Assembly: GCA_963706795.1 (NCBI GenBank)
Contig: OY970170.1
Location: forward strand, 210,001-242,000
Reading direction: 5' to 3'
DNA from: Candidatus Saccharimonadota bacterium
Lineage (GTDB): Bacteria; Patescibacteriota; Gracilibacteria; BD1-5; UBA2023
Length of the DNA: 32,000 nucleotides
Position 1 is the stretch's first letter. Every line of letters starts with the position of its first letter. Made by a program: the position numbers and the translations under genes. The notes under the pieces were generated by a model. That model was given only the letters and a program-made list of their open reading frames with translations. It was not told the origin of the DNA and made no database searches. Positions 10,615 through 20,801 of the stretch are shown one piece after another.

Positions 10615-12525
10615 ATGCTCCAAAAATTGTCTACAGAATCAGTCTCTACTTCTCATTTAGATGGGTTGAGTGAGGAACTTTGATTTACTGAACCGTGGAA
10701 AAAATTCGTTCTATCAGAGCTTTACTCAACATATAGAGAACTTTCAGAAGAGAAAAAGCGAATTGCTATAGTTCGATTAGTTACAGCTCAGGGGTCTGAT
10801 AATATCAGTCTTTTGCGCTATATGTTTGGCATGGAAGCCTACCGAGACTGCATGACCTGACCACAAAAACAGAGGGTCTTAGCAAAGCTGCTGTGCATTC
10901 CTAGCGAAAAACTGGACGGCCATAAAGCTGCTTTTTTTGTGGAACCATACACGAACAGAGACGAGAAGTATGAAAGCATAGAAGCAAGTCATGACTTGCC
11001 GCTCTTTCTCGACTTATTCGAAAAAGTAATTCGGATCACAGACGAGTGATTCTCCCGTCTGATAGCCAAAGAAACAGGGCTAAAGATCGCGGAAGTGCTA
11101 GCAAAATCAGAGATGATGGGTATCCCTGCAGAAACTTATGAATATCTACAGTGAAAGGCATTCAATGATAGAGACATAGAGTGATTGAAGTTCTTCGCGA
11201 AAAACAGAATAGGTATCACGAGACTCAGAAGTGAGGTTGAAGAAATTGAAGCGCGCTGAGAACTCTTTACTGCGAATCTATTCGTGGATATCATACGGAA
11301 ACCCTGACAGTATGGCGCACGACTCAGTATTGCGTATATTGTTTGGTTAAAGGAGAGCTGCATGAGTATCTCTGACGCTACACTCATTAAAACAGTCAAT
11401 ACAATTCTTCCGAATCTACCAGCTAGTGCAAGCATTACGCTAATGAGAACATTACTTATATGTGCTTCTGTACTGACATCCGAAATTGATAGGCGCACGC
11501 ACCTAGAAAAAAATGGACATATAGTTGGACTCCAACGCTGGACAGAAAAGAGCAAAAAAGACTATGAGAGGGCTCGCTTGCTGGTAAGCCAAAATAGTCC
11601 GCACTTACCACCTATTAAAACTAAAGCTGTTGAGCAAAGAGTCGAACCCCCTACTCTAGCCGTAGAGCCTGTAGAAGAAAAGAATACTTTCAACGAGCAG
11701 TTATTTGAGGTCACACTGAGGAAAGTTGGATTCGATACTCAAAGGATAGTTATTCTCAAGAAGCATTTTCCAACATTTCAGATACGCGATCTTCATAATT
11801 TTGAAATAGCGAGAAAAACAGCAGTTTGGAAAAACGGCCAATTTATTAAGGCGCCAGAAAAGTGTAGTGCGGAACTTTTTATTGTTCTGTGCTACTCATT
11901 TATCAAATCACTCGATGATGTCGCATTGATAGACTTGGTTCCTAATACTCGAAAAGACCATGGCACAAACGACACTACACTGAGCGATGAATTGGCATAC
12001 AAAATGGATATCTTGCTTTCTATTATAAAGGATGAGGGAGCTTTACGAGCACTCCCAACAAGATTAGATAATCATCTAAATAAAGCCATAGAAGAACAGA
12101 GGGCTCTTTACGCAGAAAAGGCACAGCAGCACTCCGACAATCTTCGTCAGACTACACAAGCAAAAATTGATAAATCGCTCATAACGTCAAGTGAACACAT
12201 CAATAAAAAAGTTAAGACTCCTCGTCCTACGAAGAGAGCAATAATTAAAGACATTATTCAGAGTCTCTGAGCTTTTCGACCAAGAGAAGTCTTAGAAAAA
12301 AGAGGATTTTTTCGATACTGAACGTTCATCTCTTTTATATGAGCCGACATATACTTACTCGAATACGCGGGAATACACGGGGACGATAAAGAATGATTTT
12401 TTGCAAAAACAGATGAGGAAATAGATAAAGTAATGGCAAAGCTTTGAAAGTCGAATAACTGGTTACAAGCATTTCTTGTGATCTATCTACAGAGATGAGA
12501 TCAGAATTTTTTAAATACACTGTAG
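10615..12525 (+). CDS. hypothetical protein (636 aa), apparently two parts joined by a Pro/Glu-rich linker
   Basis: ATG 10615. The frame is continuous through 13 TGA=Gly and includes the tracked ORF 11362-12270. It reads on past TGA 12268 for 84 more codons to TAG 12523-12525, which sits directly before a strong terminator. The linker is PHLPPIKTKAVEQRVEPPTLAVEPVEE. Confidence 0.7.
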
Positions 12526-12531
12526 TCATAC

Positions 12532-12565
12532 AAAAGCATCATCTCCTCTCCGAGATGATGCTTTT
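12532..12565. terminator. bidirectional rho-independent terminator
   Basis: AAAA, stem GCATCATCTC (12536-12545), a 6-nt loop, stem GAGATGATGC (12552-12561), then TTTT. It lies between convergent genes. Confidence 0.8.
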
Positions 12566-12581
12566 GTATTTTCTCACACGA

Positions 12582-13004
12582 CTATATCTCAGTAAACTCC
12601 ACCGTCCACTCAATACCAAATTTGTCCCGAAACATTCCAAAATAATTACCCCAAGGACTGTCTTCTATAGGACATTCAATTTCCCCGCCTGCCGAAAGTC
12701 CGTTAAATAATCTGTCTGCTTCTTCTTTGCTCTCTGCGGTTATTGCGATTTTAGATCTGTTTTCGTTTTCATTGACTCGCCCCATGCTTTCTGGGACATC
12801 ATTAGCGATTAAGATGTTGCTACCAATGGGCAAGGCGATGTACATTATTTTATTTGCCTCATTTTCTGGTATTTGGAATTCAGGACTGGAGAGCTCTTTA
12901 AAACGAGTGATCTTTGTGAATTCTCCACCAAATACTGATTTATAAAACATAAATGCTTCTTCGGCGTTTCCGTTGAAGTTAATGTAGGGATTAATGTGTG
13001 CCAT
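12582..13004 (-). CDS. VOC-superfamily / PhnB-like protein (140 aa)
   Basis: An intact ORF with a TAG stop. The N-terminus MAHINPYINFNGNAEEAFMFYKSVFGGEF and the C-terminal DKFGIEWTV are characteristic of the PhnB-like (3-demethylubiquinone methyltransferase-like, glyoxalase-fold) family. Confidence 0.85.
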   Translation of the reverse strand: MAHINPYINFNGNAEEAFMFYKSVFGGEFTKITRFKELSSPEFQIPENEANKIMYIALPIGSNILIANDVPESMGRVNENENRSKIAITAESKEEADRLFNGLSAGGEIECPIEDSPWGNYFGMFRDKFGIEWTVEFTEI

Positions 13005-13085
13005 AAATTTTATGCTTAGTGGATAATTTATTGTCAGGAATACTCAGAGTTATTCTAGCAAAGTTAAAAAATAAGACAACGACAC

Positions 13086-13114
13086 AAAAAACCCCAGCAT
13101 GAGCTGGGGTTTTT
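13086..13114. terminator. bidirectional rho-independent terminator downstream of tRNA-Gln
   Basis: AAAAAA, stem CCCCAGC (13092-13098), loop ATGA, stem GCTGGGG (13103-13109), then TTTTT. Confidence 0.75.
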
Positions 13115-13128
13115 GAATTGGTAATCAT

Positions 13129-13202
13129 TGGTTGGGAATGAGGGTTTCGAACCCCCGGTGGGGGATTCAGAGTCCCCTGCCTTACCACTTGGCTAATTCC
13201 CA
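13129..13202 (-). tRNA. tRNA-Gln (anticodon CUG), 74 nt, with CCA encoded
   Basis: The reverse complement is TGGGAAT-TA-GCCAAGTGGTAAGGC-A-GGGGA-CTCTGAA-TCCCC-CACC-GGGGG-TTCGAAA-CCCTC-ATTCCCA-A-CCA. This folds as a cloverleaf with a 7-bp acceptor stem and U1:A72. The D-arm GCCAAG.GGTAAGGC is like E. coli tRNA-Gln. The anticodon loop is CU-CUG-AA. Confidence 0.9.
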
Positions 13203-13228
13203 AAATAAGATTTACGGGCGGATGATAT

Positions 13229-13250
13229 AAAAAACTTGCCAAAAGGCAAG
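13229..13250 (-). terminator. rho-independent terminator of the upstream minus-strand gene
   Basis: On the minus strand: CTTGCC, TTTT, GGCAAG, then TTTTTT. It lies immediately after the TAA at 13252-13254. Confidence 0.7.
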
Positions 13251-13251
13251 C

Positions 13252-13905
13252 TTATTTTGTTTCGTGACCGAGGAGGAGTCAGAGTTCTAGGACGTCGTTT
13301 TTTCGGCCGAGAGAAGTAAAGAAGTCATAAACAAAGTGTGCATATTCGATCGAATAACCATTAAACATGGATGGCCCATTATCAGCCATTCAGCCAAATA
13401 TCTCAGGATGTCCACTTTCGAGAGCATCAAGACTATTAATGATCTTTCAATTTTCGTCAGTAGTCATTTTTTCAAATACATCAAAGTGCTCATGCTCAAG
13501 AGCATCGAGACTCTTAACAATCTTCCAATTTTCATCATCAATAGTCGCTGATGGCACCAATATATCCATAGCTTTCTCCAGTGCTGCAATATCAGCAGCA
13601 GATGTTTCGTTAAGAAGATTGGAAACGACTTCAGCATTCTCTTCAACTAGGAGTGCGCTGAGACTTGGGGCTTGTTCGCGACTGACACGGGATTCGTACT
13701 GCGCAAGGAATTCAGCGGCGAATGCCCTGCTGATTTTATGCTTAACGAGGAAGTCACCAACGAAGTGGAGCTTGAGTCATTTTTCACTTCAGCGCCCGAG
13801 GTCGAGAAGGCGGCTCATTTCACCATTTATGAATTCTTCGAATTCGAGTGAAAAATCTACAAAGAGTTCTGCAAAATCTTTTTGCGTTGGCTGTAGGAGC
13901 TTCAT
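13252..13905 (-). CDS. hypothetical protein (217 aa from ATG 13905; 256 aa if ATG 14022) with an internal 26-aa tandem repeat
   Basis: The minus frame is continuous with 5 TGA=Gly and ends at TAA 13252-13254. It reads ...KDFAELFVDFSLEFEEFINGEMSRLLDLGR[G]SEK[G]LKLHFVGDFLVKHKISRAFAAEFLAQYESR... The repeat is DENWKIVKSLDALEHEHFDVFEKM / DENGKIINSLDALESGHPEIFGGM. No family recognised. Confidence 0.6.
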
Positions 13906-13942
13906 TGGGCAAGAAGGAGGAAACCGAGCTTTATTGCGCGAT

Positions 13943-13970
13943 AGTATCACGAAATCGCCCATTTCGTCAA
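13943..13970 (-). promoter_or_regulatory. sigma70-like promoter candidate for the 13252-13905 gene
   Basis: On the minus strand: TTGACG (13970-13965), a 16-nt spacer, then GATACT (13948-13943). Confidence 0.3.
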
Positions 13971-13984
13971 ATTTCAACATCACC

Positions 13985-14013
13985 TTGAGAAAAGAAGGGC
14001 CTTCCACTATAAT
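13985..14013 (+). promoter_or_regulatory. sigma70-like promoter candidate giving a near-leaderless transcript
   Basis: TTGAGA (13985-13990), a 17-nt spacer, then TATAAT (14008-14013). ATG 14021 is only 7 nt downstream of the -10 box. Confidence 0.4.
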
Positions 14014-14020
14014 CCACAGC

Positions 14021-14296
14021 ATGTTTTACAATATCTTTTACGGCCTGCTTTTATTTGCCGGAGGCGTAGGCATCCTCAAATATCGCAAGATCATCCATGA
14101 GTGGACAGGCTCATGGGGATGGGCTGAACACTATATCGGACGAGGTGGCACCATAGTCGCACTCTGCCTCATCGCCTGTGCGATGATGGGATTTGGAGTC
14201 GCTACTCTGTTTGGTAAAGTCGACTTTGGTAACCGATCGCTCGGCGACAAGACAAATAGTGAAACAAACACACCAATTCCTTCAACCAATCAATAA
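14021..14296 (+). CDS. small membrane protein (91 aa, two predicted TM helices)
   Basis: MFYNIFYGLLLFAGGVGILKY...GGTIVALCLIACAMMGFGVATLFG. It is the 3' part of the tracked ORF 13367-14296, whose upstream part is an antisense shadow. Its TAA overlaps the next ATG (TAATG). Confidence 0.6.
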   Translation: MFYNIFYGLLLFAGGVGILKYRKIIHEWTGSWGWAEHYIGRGGTIVALCLIACAMMGFGVATLFGKVDFGNRSLGDKTNSETNTPIPSTNQ

Positions 14297-15882
14297 TGAA
14301 AAAACTCGTCTCCCTCTTCTTTGTCATCGTCTTTGCATTTGGAAGCAACGCATTTGTCTATGCGGCACCACAACCCGAAAAAACTGACATCGTAAAGAGC
14401 TTGTTGGCTCGACCACAAGAAAAAATCATCAGCAACGAAGAGCTCTTTATGAGCGTAGTTGATGTGGCAGCCGAAGGCGAAGGCATTCCTTCGACCTACC
14501 AGTTTATCGCGCTTACAACTGACAAACTCCAAAAAGGTACACGTCTCTATCGCGCATATCAAAAGGCGGTCTACCTCGATCTCATTCCTAATAATGGAAT
14601 CCTGCTCGATCTCTCAGGAGTAGCCACCGAGCGCAAACTCGTGCAGCTCATCCAGCAGATGTACGGTAAAAAAGTGAATGGGGAAATCCTCGTCAATGGT
14701 CATAAATTTGATATCGTCGAGAAAAAAATCATGCGCAACAAGGACCTTGTAGCCTACGCGCAGGGGTATCTCGAAGCTTCTGGCAATGATGATAATAATA
14801 CAGCTCCAGCAATCGAGAGTGCACCAAATTTTGTCATCCTTAATGACGTCTATACACGACTCCTCACCGAGCATGCAGACAAGGCAAACTTCGATAGCAA
14901 AAAGCTGCTCGAAGGTGCAATGATGGGTATGACTGAAGCAACTGGCGACAAGTACACAACCTACTTCCCACCAGAAAAAGCGAAGGAATTCACTCAGGAT
15001 CTCAATGGTGACTTCGAAGGAATCGGTGCCTACGTTGAGATGCCACAACCAGGAATTGTGATGGTGACTTCCCCACTCGTTGGAAGTCCAGCCGAAGCTG
15101 CCGGAATTAAGGGTGGCGATCGTATCAAAAAGATCGACGGAGTAGAAATCACCAAAGATATGACACTCCAGGATGCTACTGCCAAGATTAAGGGTCCAGC
15201 CGGCACAAAGGTAACCATCATTATCGAACGGAATAGCAATGACCTAACATTTGAAATCGAGCGTAAAAAGATCCATGTTGACCTCGTAAATTACAAAAAG
15301 ATCGACCAGAATACTTCATATATTCAAGTGACTTCATACGGAGCAGGAGTATCCGATGCATTCTCAGGAGCGGTAAGTAAGGTAGTTGCAGACAATACTT
15401 CTAAACTCATTCTCGATCTTCGCAATAATCCAGGAGGCGACGTAGATGAAGTCGCAAATATGCTCAATTTCTTCGTACCAAAAGGAATGTCAAAGGTCAA
15501 CGTTGTTGGAAATGGCGTAAACGAACCCTTCCTCTCAACTGGCAATACTGACGCACTTAAAAATGTAAAAATCGTCATCCTTATTAATTCGGGTACTGCC
15601 TCAGCTGCAGAGATCATGGCTGGAACCATCAAGGACTACCTCTCAGACCAGACTCGTCTCGTCGGAGAAAAATCATATGGAAAGGGCTCAGTTCAGAGCT
15701 ACATCCCCTACGGAGACGGATCAAGTGTAAAATACACAACAGCAAAGTGGTATACCGGCAAGACCTCTATCGGTATCAATCACATCGGTATCAAACCAGA
15801 TGTGGAAGTCATTCTCGATCAGACCGCCTTTAAACAAGGTACAGACAATCAGCTCAATGCGGCTCAAAGCCTCAATTTCTAA
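14296..15882 (+). CDS. S41-family C-terminal processing peptidase (Ctp/Prc-like) with signal peptide and PDZ domain
   Basis: An intact 528-aa ORF with no TGA. The signal peptide is MKKLVSLFFVIVFAFGSNAFVYA. The PDZ domain reads SPLVGSPAEAAGIKGGDRIKKIDG. The S41 core reads LILDLRNNPGGDVDE, VILINSGTASAAEIMAG and GEKSYGKGSVQS. Confidence 0.9.
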   Translation: MKKLVSLFFVIVFAFGSNAFVYAAPQPEKTDIVKSLLARPQEKIISNEELFMSVVDVAAEGEGIPSTYQFIALTTDKLQKGTRLYRAYQKAVYLDLIPNNGILLDLSGVATERKLVQLIQQMYGKKVNGEILVNGHKFDIVEKKIMRNKDLVAYAQGYLEASGNDDNNTAPAIESAPNFVILNDVYTRLLTEHADKANFDSKKLLEGAMMGMTEATGDKYTTYFPPEKAKEFTQDLNGDFEGIGAYVEMPQPGIVMVTSPLVGSPAEAAGIKGGDRIKKIDGVEITKDMTLQDATAKIKGPAGTKVTIIIERNSNDLTFEIERKKIHVDLVNYKKIDQNTSYIQVTSYGAGVSDAFSGAVSKVVADNTSKLILDLRNNPGGDVDEVANMLNFFVPKGMSKVNVVGNGVNEPFLSTGNTDALKNVKIVILINSGTASAAEIMAGTIKDYLSDQTRLVGEKSYGKGSVQSYIPYGDGSSVKYTTAKWYTGKTSIGINHIGIKPDVEVILDQTAFKQGTDNQLNAAQSLNF

Positions 15883-15942
15883 TCAGGTTGACGGACGCTG
15901 TAAATTCCACTATTCTAACCAGGTTTAATCCTATTCCTTTCT

Positions 15943-17313
15943 ATGAAGAAAATTCTCTCGGCGATTTCGATTGGAGTGTTCGCACTCGTAACATCAAATT
16001 CGACTCACGCGGCTGACATGATGGTGACATCGGTTGCCCCAATCAGCACTCAGAACTCACAGGCAATTCCTGTTTTGGATATCGAGTCTGATATTCTCTC
16101 TATGCAGAAGGATCTCGTTGGCATCATTCGCCAGGCAGTGAATTACTATTCACAGGGTGACATCAAAGAATCTGGTGATCTCAATTTTAATTTTGAATAC
16201 ACTGGCTCTGGATCGAGCGGTAAAGTGAAGCTCAATCTCGAGAAATACGTCAATATTCTCTCAGTTATGACTGGGAATCAGGAGCTTCATTTTGTAGCAA
16301 CGGCCAATGTTGATATCAAGGAAGATAACTATGCTGACTACGATGAAAAAACAAATGCAATGACCTACTCAGCAGAAAATATCTCTGCAACCGTCAAGGC
16401 AGACGTAAGTTTTAAGATTATCGGTGACGATCTCTTTGTAACTCTCAACTCTCTCACAAAGGATCGAACAGGAACAGACAAGATGACTAAGTCATTCGAC
16501 TCATCATTTAAAGAATTCCCACTTGTAGAAGGCAAAACCGTTCGTATTCCGCTTGGTAAAAATAACCACCTCAATCAGGCAGAAATTCTCAAAAAGACAA
16601 ATGCTGTCCTTGCGATCCTCGAGCAAGATCCACTTCTCACTCCAAAGTCTAAGAAGTTTAACGGTTACCAGCTCGGTCTCAAGCGCACGACTATGCAAAA
16701 GATCAATCTCGCAATCGGAGAAAAAAAGAATGCTAATATGTCAGATATCGGAACTGCAAAGACTCCACTTCTCTATACAAAGACCGGTGACACTACTACC
16801 CTCTCTGTAAATGAAGTAAGCAGATCATCAAAGACTCGAACAGCTCTCGTTCGCAAGGCAGGAGCCTACGAATTCCAGCTCGACGAACAAGGTATTGGCA
16901 GCAAGCGCAAGACATCGTCAGCTTCTGTACGTATCTCAAAGGATGCAGCTACTATCCACGTAAAAGACGCGAACGAGACATTTGATCTCGACTGGAGTAA
17001 TAATATGCTGACTGCAAAACGCACTTGGAAGGACTATTCTTGGGACGCATCAACTGACAAAAATGTGTGGAATACTCTTACTATTGCAGGACCACTCTCA
17101 TATACGAATGCTGATCTCAAGTTCGGATATAACGGTGCTGAAGTTGGTCATATAAAGATCACTACATCAGACAAAAATCTCTACACATTTGATCTCGGAA
17201 TGAGCATAGATCTCTATGGTAATTACAAGGCCAGTCTCATCGGAAATGAACTCATCGAATTTGGAACATTCCCCGTTGATAAACCAACAGAATTCACGGA
17301 CTTCAAGAAATAG
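15943..17313 (+). CDS. secreted hypothetical protein (456 aa)
   Basis: An intact ORF with no TGA. The signal peptide is MKKILSAISIGVFALVTSNSTHA. The composition is Ser/Thr/Lys/Asp-rich and beta-type. The stop is TAG, followed by a strong terminator. Confidence 0.75.
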   Translation: MKKILSAISIGVFALVTSNSTHAADMMVTSVAPISTQNSQAIPVLDIESDILSMQKDLVGIIRQAVNYYSQGDIKESGDLNFNFEYTGSGSSGKVKLNLEKYVNILSVMTGNQELHFVATANVDIKEDNYADYDEKTNAMTYSAENISATVKADVSFKIIGDDLFVTLNSLTKDRTGTDKMTKSFDSSFKEFPLVEGKTVRIPLGKNNHLNQAEILKKTNAVLAILEQDPLLTPKSKKFNGYQLGLKRTTMQKINLAIGEKKNANMSDIGTAKTPLLYTKTGDTTTLSVNEVSRSSKTRTALVRKAGAYEFQLDEQGIGSKRKTSSASVRISKDAATIHVKDANETFDLDWSNNMLTAKRTWKDYSWDASTDKNVWNTLTIAGPLSYTNADLKFGYNGAEVGHIKITTSDKNLYTFDLGMSIDLYGNYKASLIGNELIEFGTFPVDKPTEFTDFKK

Positions 17314-17325
17314 TCTCACTCTCAC

Positions 17326-17359
17326 AAAAAAACCCTCAGGAATTCCTGAGGGTTTTTTT
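17326..17359. terminator. bidirectional rho-independent terminator
   Basis: AAAAAAA, stem CCCTCAGG (17333-17340), loop AATT, stem CCTGAGGG (17345-17352), then TTTTTTT. Confidence 0.85.
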
Positions 17360-18020
17360 AAGGCTTAATAGACAAAATATCTATCTCAACCTATCCTCAC
17401 TCTTCCAAAAATCATTGAGTTTTTCTTGTTCGATCCACTTTTTTGACCATTTAGCGTATGGGATGATGACGGGTTTGCGAAGTGCGTTATATCTTGTGGA
17501 GCCTCACTTAGTGAAAATCGCATCCCAGGAAATTCGCTTGCGAGATGCAGTATACGGATCTGACACCCAAACTCACTTCGCATCAAAGCTATATGCAACA
17601 GCAATGTGAGGATATTCTTTCTTACCTACTTTGAGTAAATAACTCACGAGGACTGGATTGCCCTTCGAGAGTTCAGTATGGAGGAATTTTACCTGTGAAT
17701 TACGTACAACTGAAAAATGTAAGAGCTTTTCGAATGCCGTCTGATCCGATGGATATGCAAGCCTGGATCCATCAAACCCTACTTCCTTTATGGATTTGGA
17801 GAGTCGAATATTTGCCTGACTCGTCGCACGAACGACGATCTCGATCGAAGTAAAATAACATGTATTTCTTCCTTGCTGAAGCACAGGGAACTTATACCCA
17901 GGCGGATGCTTTGGTTGGAGCGGAGTGTCGAAAGGATCTTTTGGGGCTGCAAAAGTTGCCGTGCAGATAGAAAAAAATACCGCCCAGAAAAGCAGTATAT
18001 AAAATCATCGAGTGATATTT

Positions 18021-19207
<1,187 letters not shown>

Positions 19208-19214
<7 letters not shown>

Positions 19215-20398
19215 CGAATGAAAATACGAACTATATCTTGATAAGCCACAAAGATACTCAGGAGTATGAGAAGAGCAAACCCGATAGCATGGACATAGGA
19301 TTCGAGTTTGTCGCCCTTGAGCTTACCTCTCGAAATTTTGCGAACCACTGTCTCGATCGAAAGAAATGCAAATCGCCCCCCATCAAGCGCTGGAAATGGC
19401 AAGAGATTAAAGACTCCGAGATTGATCGAAATAAGCGATGCGATAATAAATATTACCGTGATCGGTGCCTTTGCCTTTGCGAGATCAATGAAGAGATTAC
19501 CGATGCCGATAGGACCCGAGAGACTCTCTTGTGCTTCTTTGCGCTCGGTGGGAGTTGCGGGTGCTACGAGCTTATGAACGAGCGAGCCAAAGAGCTCGAA
19601 CGTCATGACTGACTGATGATAGACTTCTTGTGCGCCTACTACGAAAGCCTGAGTGACTGGATATTTATATGTAAAACCACTATCGAATTCGACAGTTTTA
19701 TATCCGACGTAGGATCCAATTTTCCCATCCTTTGGTGTGATACTGATCGAGATCGGGACATTATTGCGCATGATCTGAAGAGTGCTTACGTCAGATTTAT
19801 GTGCAGTAAAATACTGAACAAAATCATCTGGACTCACTATCTTTGTGTTACCAATCGAGACGACTTCATCGCCATCCTTGATGCCGGCCTTTTCGGCGGG
19901 AGAACCTGCGATAGGACTCAGAGCAACACCATGGACTTTAACAAGACCGATCTGCCGAGCTTTCTCAAAACTTGGAATAAGGAGTGTCTCTGTGCTCGTC
20001 TGAAATTTTGAATTAATCGCGAGTGGAGCGATCCCATTTACAAAGAGGAGACTCAGGATAAGCCACGCAAAAATAAAATTCATCGTGACACCCGCAAGCA
20101 GGACCGCACTTTTCGCAAGATAGCTTTTTGAGCTGAAGGCATCATTTTCACGGGAGCGCGGATCAGTAGAATTCTCTCATTTAAGACGGACGAATCCTCC
20201 GATCGGAAGCCAATTAAGAGTATATTCTGTGCCCGAGCGATCACGAAAAAGCGAGAGCGCTTTAGGCGGAATACCGATTCCGAATTCTTCTACTTTGATT
20301 TTGGCGCTCTTCGCAGCAAGAAAGTGACCGAGTTCATGAAAGAACACGATCACTGTAAATACGCCGAGAGCTCAAATTATTCCTATAAATACATCCAT
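19208..20398 (-). CDS. rseP: RseP-type site-2 metalloprotease (M50) with PDZ domain
   Basis: ATG 20398. Motifs: [10 protein letters not shown] (HExxH), the PDZ domain [17 protein letters not shown] and [14 protein letters not shown]=Gly occurs in the N-terminal part. The terminal codons are CGA TGA TAG, so the protein ends ...FIRG at TAG 19208-19210. Confidence 0.9.
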
Positions 20399-20401
20399 GG
20401 A

Positions 20402-20758
20402 TTATGCTTCGCGGGTAAAAAAACGAGAGATAAACGACCGTACGCGATTTTTGCCTTTGCTGGCTTTTGAGAGTTGTTCTTTGATGTGATCGAAGAGATG
20501 ATTCACCAGATCATCGAGATTTTTGTAGTCGTCACGTTCTGACCGATAGACTGCGCCGTCAGCGTCGAGTGTAATAGATCCTGAGAAGTTTCCTTTTTTA
20601 TTTCCTGAGACATTGACTGCGAGGTTGCAGACAGTTCATTCTTTATAGCGGCGGAGATAGGAATCGAGTTTTCCTGCGATGTTTTCTGATACGAGGCGCT
20701 CGACCACCGGTCTGTCATGTTCGAGATTCTTAACGAGGAGTTTTTTGGTGAGATTCAT
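20402..20758 (-). CDS. hpf: ribosome hibernation factor (HPF/RaiA, S30EA family), short form
   Basis: 118 aa with one TGA=Gly. It reads IAGKLDSYLRRYKE[G]TVCNLAVNVSGNKKGNFSGSITLDADGAVYRSERDDYKNLDDLVNHLFDHIKEQLSKASKGK. This follows the HPF pattern: the helix with KL.+Y, then the beta-strands, then the D.Y.A.D....+..+QL.K motif. Confidence 0.7.
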
Positions 20759-20801
20759 GGTTTTCGGATTAAGGAGTACCGGAATAAGTATACCCCCTCC
20801 G

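Noticed and set aside
13441-13520. Alternative that TGA encodes Trp (code 4), suggested by ENWKI / EN[TGA]KI at equivalent repeat positions.
   Set aside because: Elsewhere TGA sits on positions that must be Gly: Walker A GNN-G-TGKS, RecQ SQW-G-HDFRP, the ABC signature LSG-G-E and GD in the methyltransferase. A single TGG/TGA (G/A) difference between diverged repeats is weak evidence.
13367-14020. Upstream two-thirds of the longest tracked plus-strand ORF here (13367-14296, 309 aa).
   Set aside because: The Ser/Arg/Leu-rich low-complexity translation (…SRASRLLMIFQFSS…SRASRLLTIFQFSS…) is the antisense shadow of the well-formed minus-strand gene at 13252-13905. Only the last 91 codons (14021-14296) look like a real membrane protein.
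13906-14022. ATG 14022 as the start of the minus-strand hypothetical gene (256-aa version).
   Set aside because: It would overlap the divergent plus-strand ATG (14021) by 2 nt and leave no promoter space. Both promoter-like elements (13943-13970 minus, 13985-14013 plus) fall inside the extension. ATG 13905 is preferred, but the longer form is not excluded.
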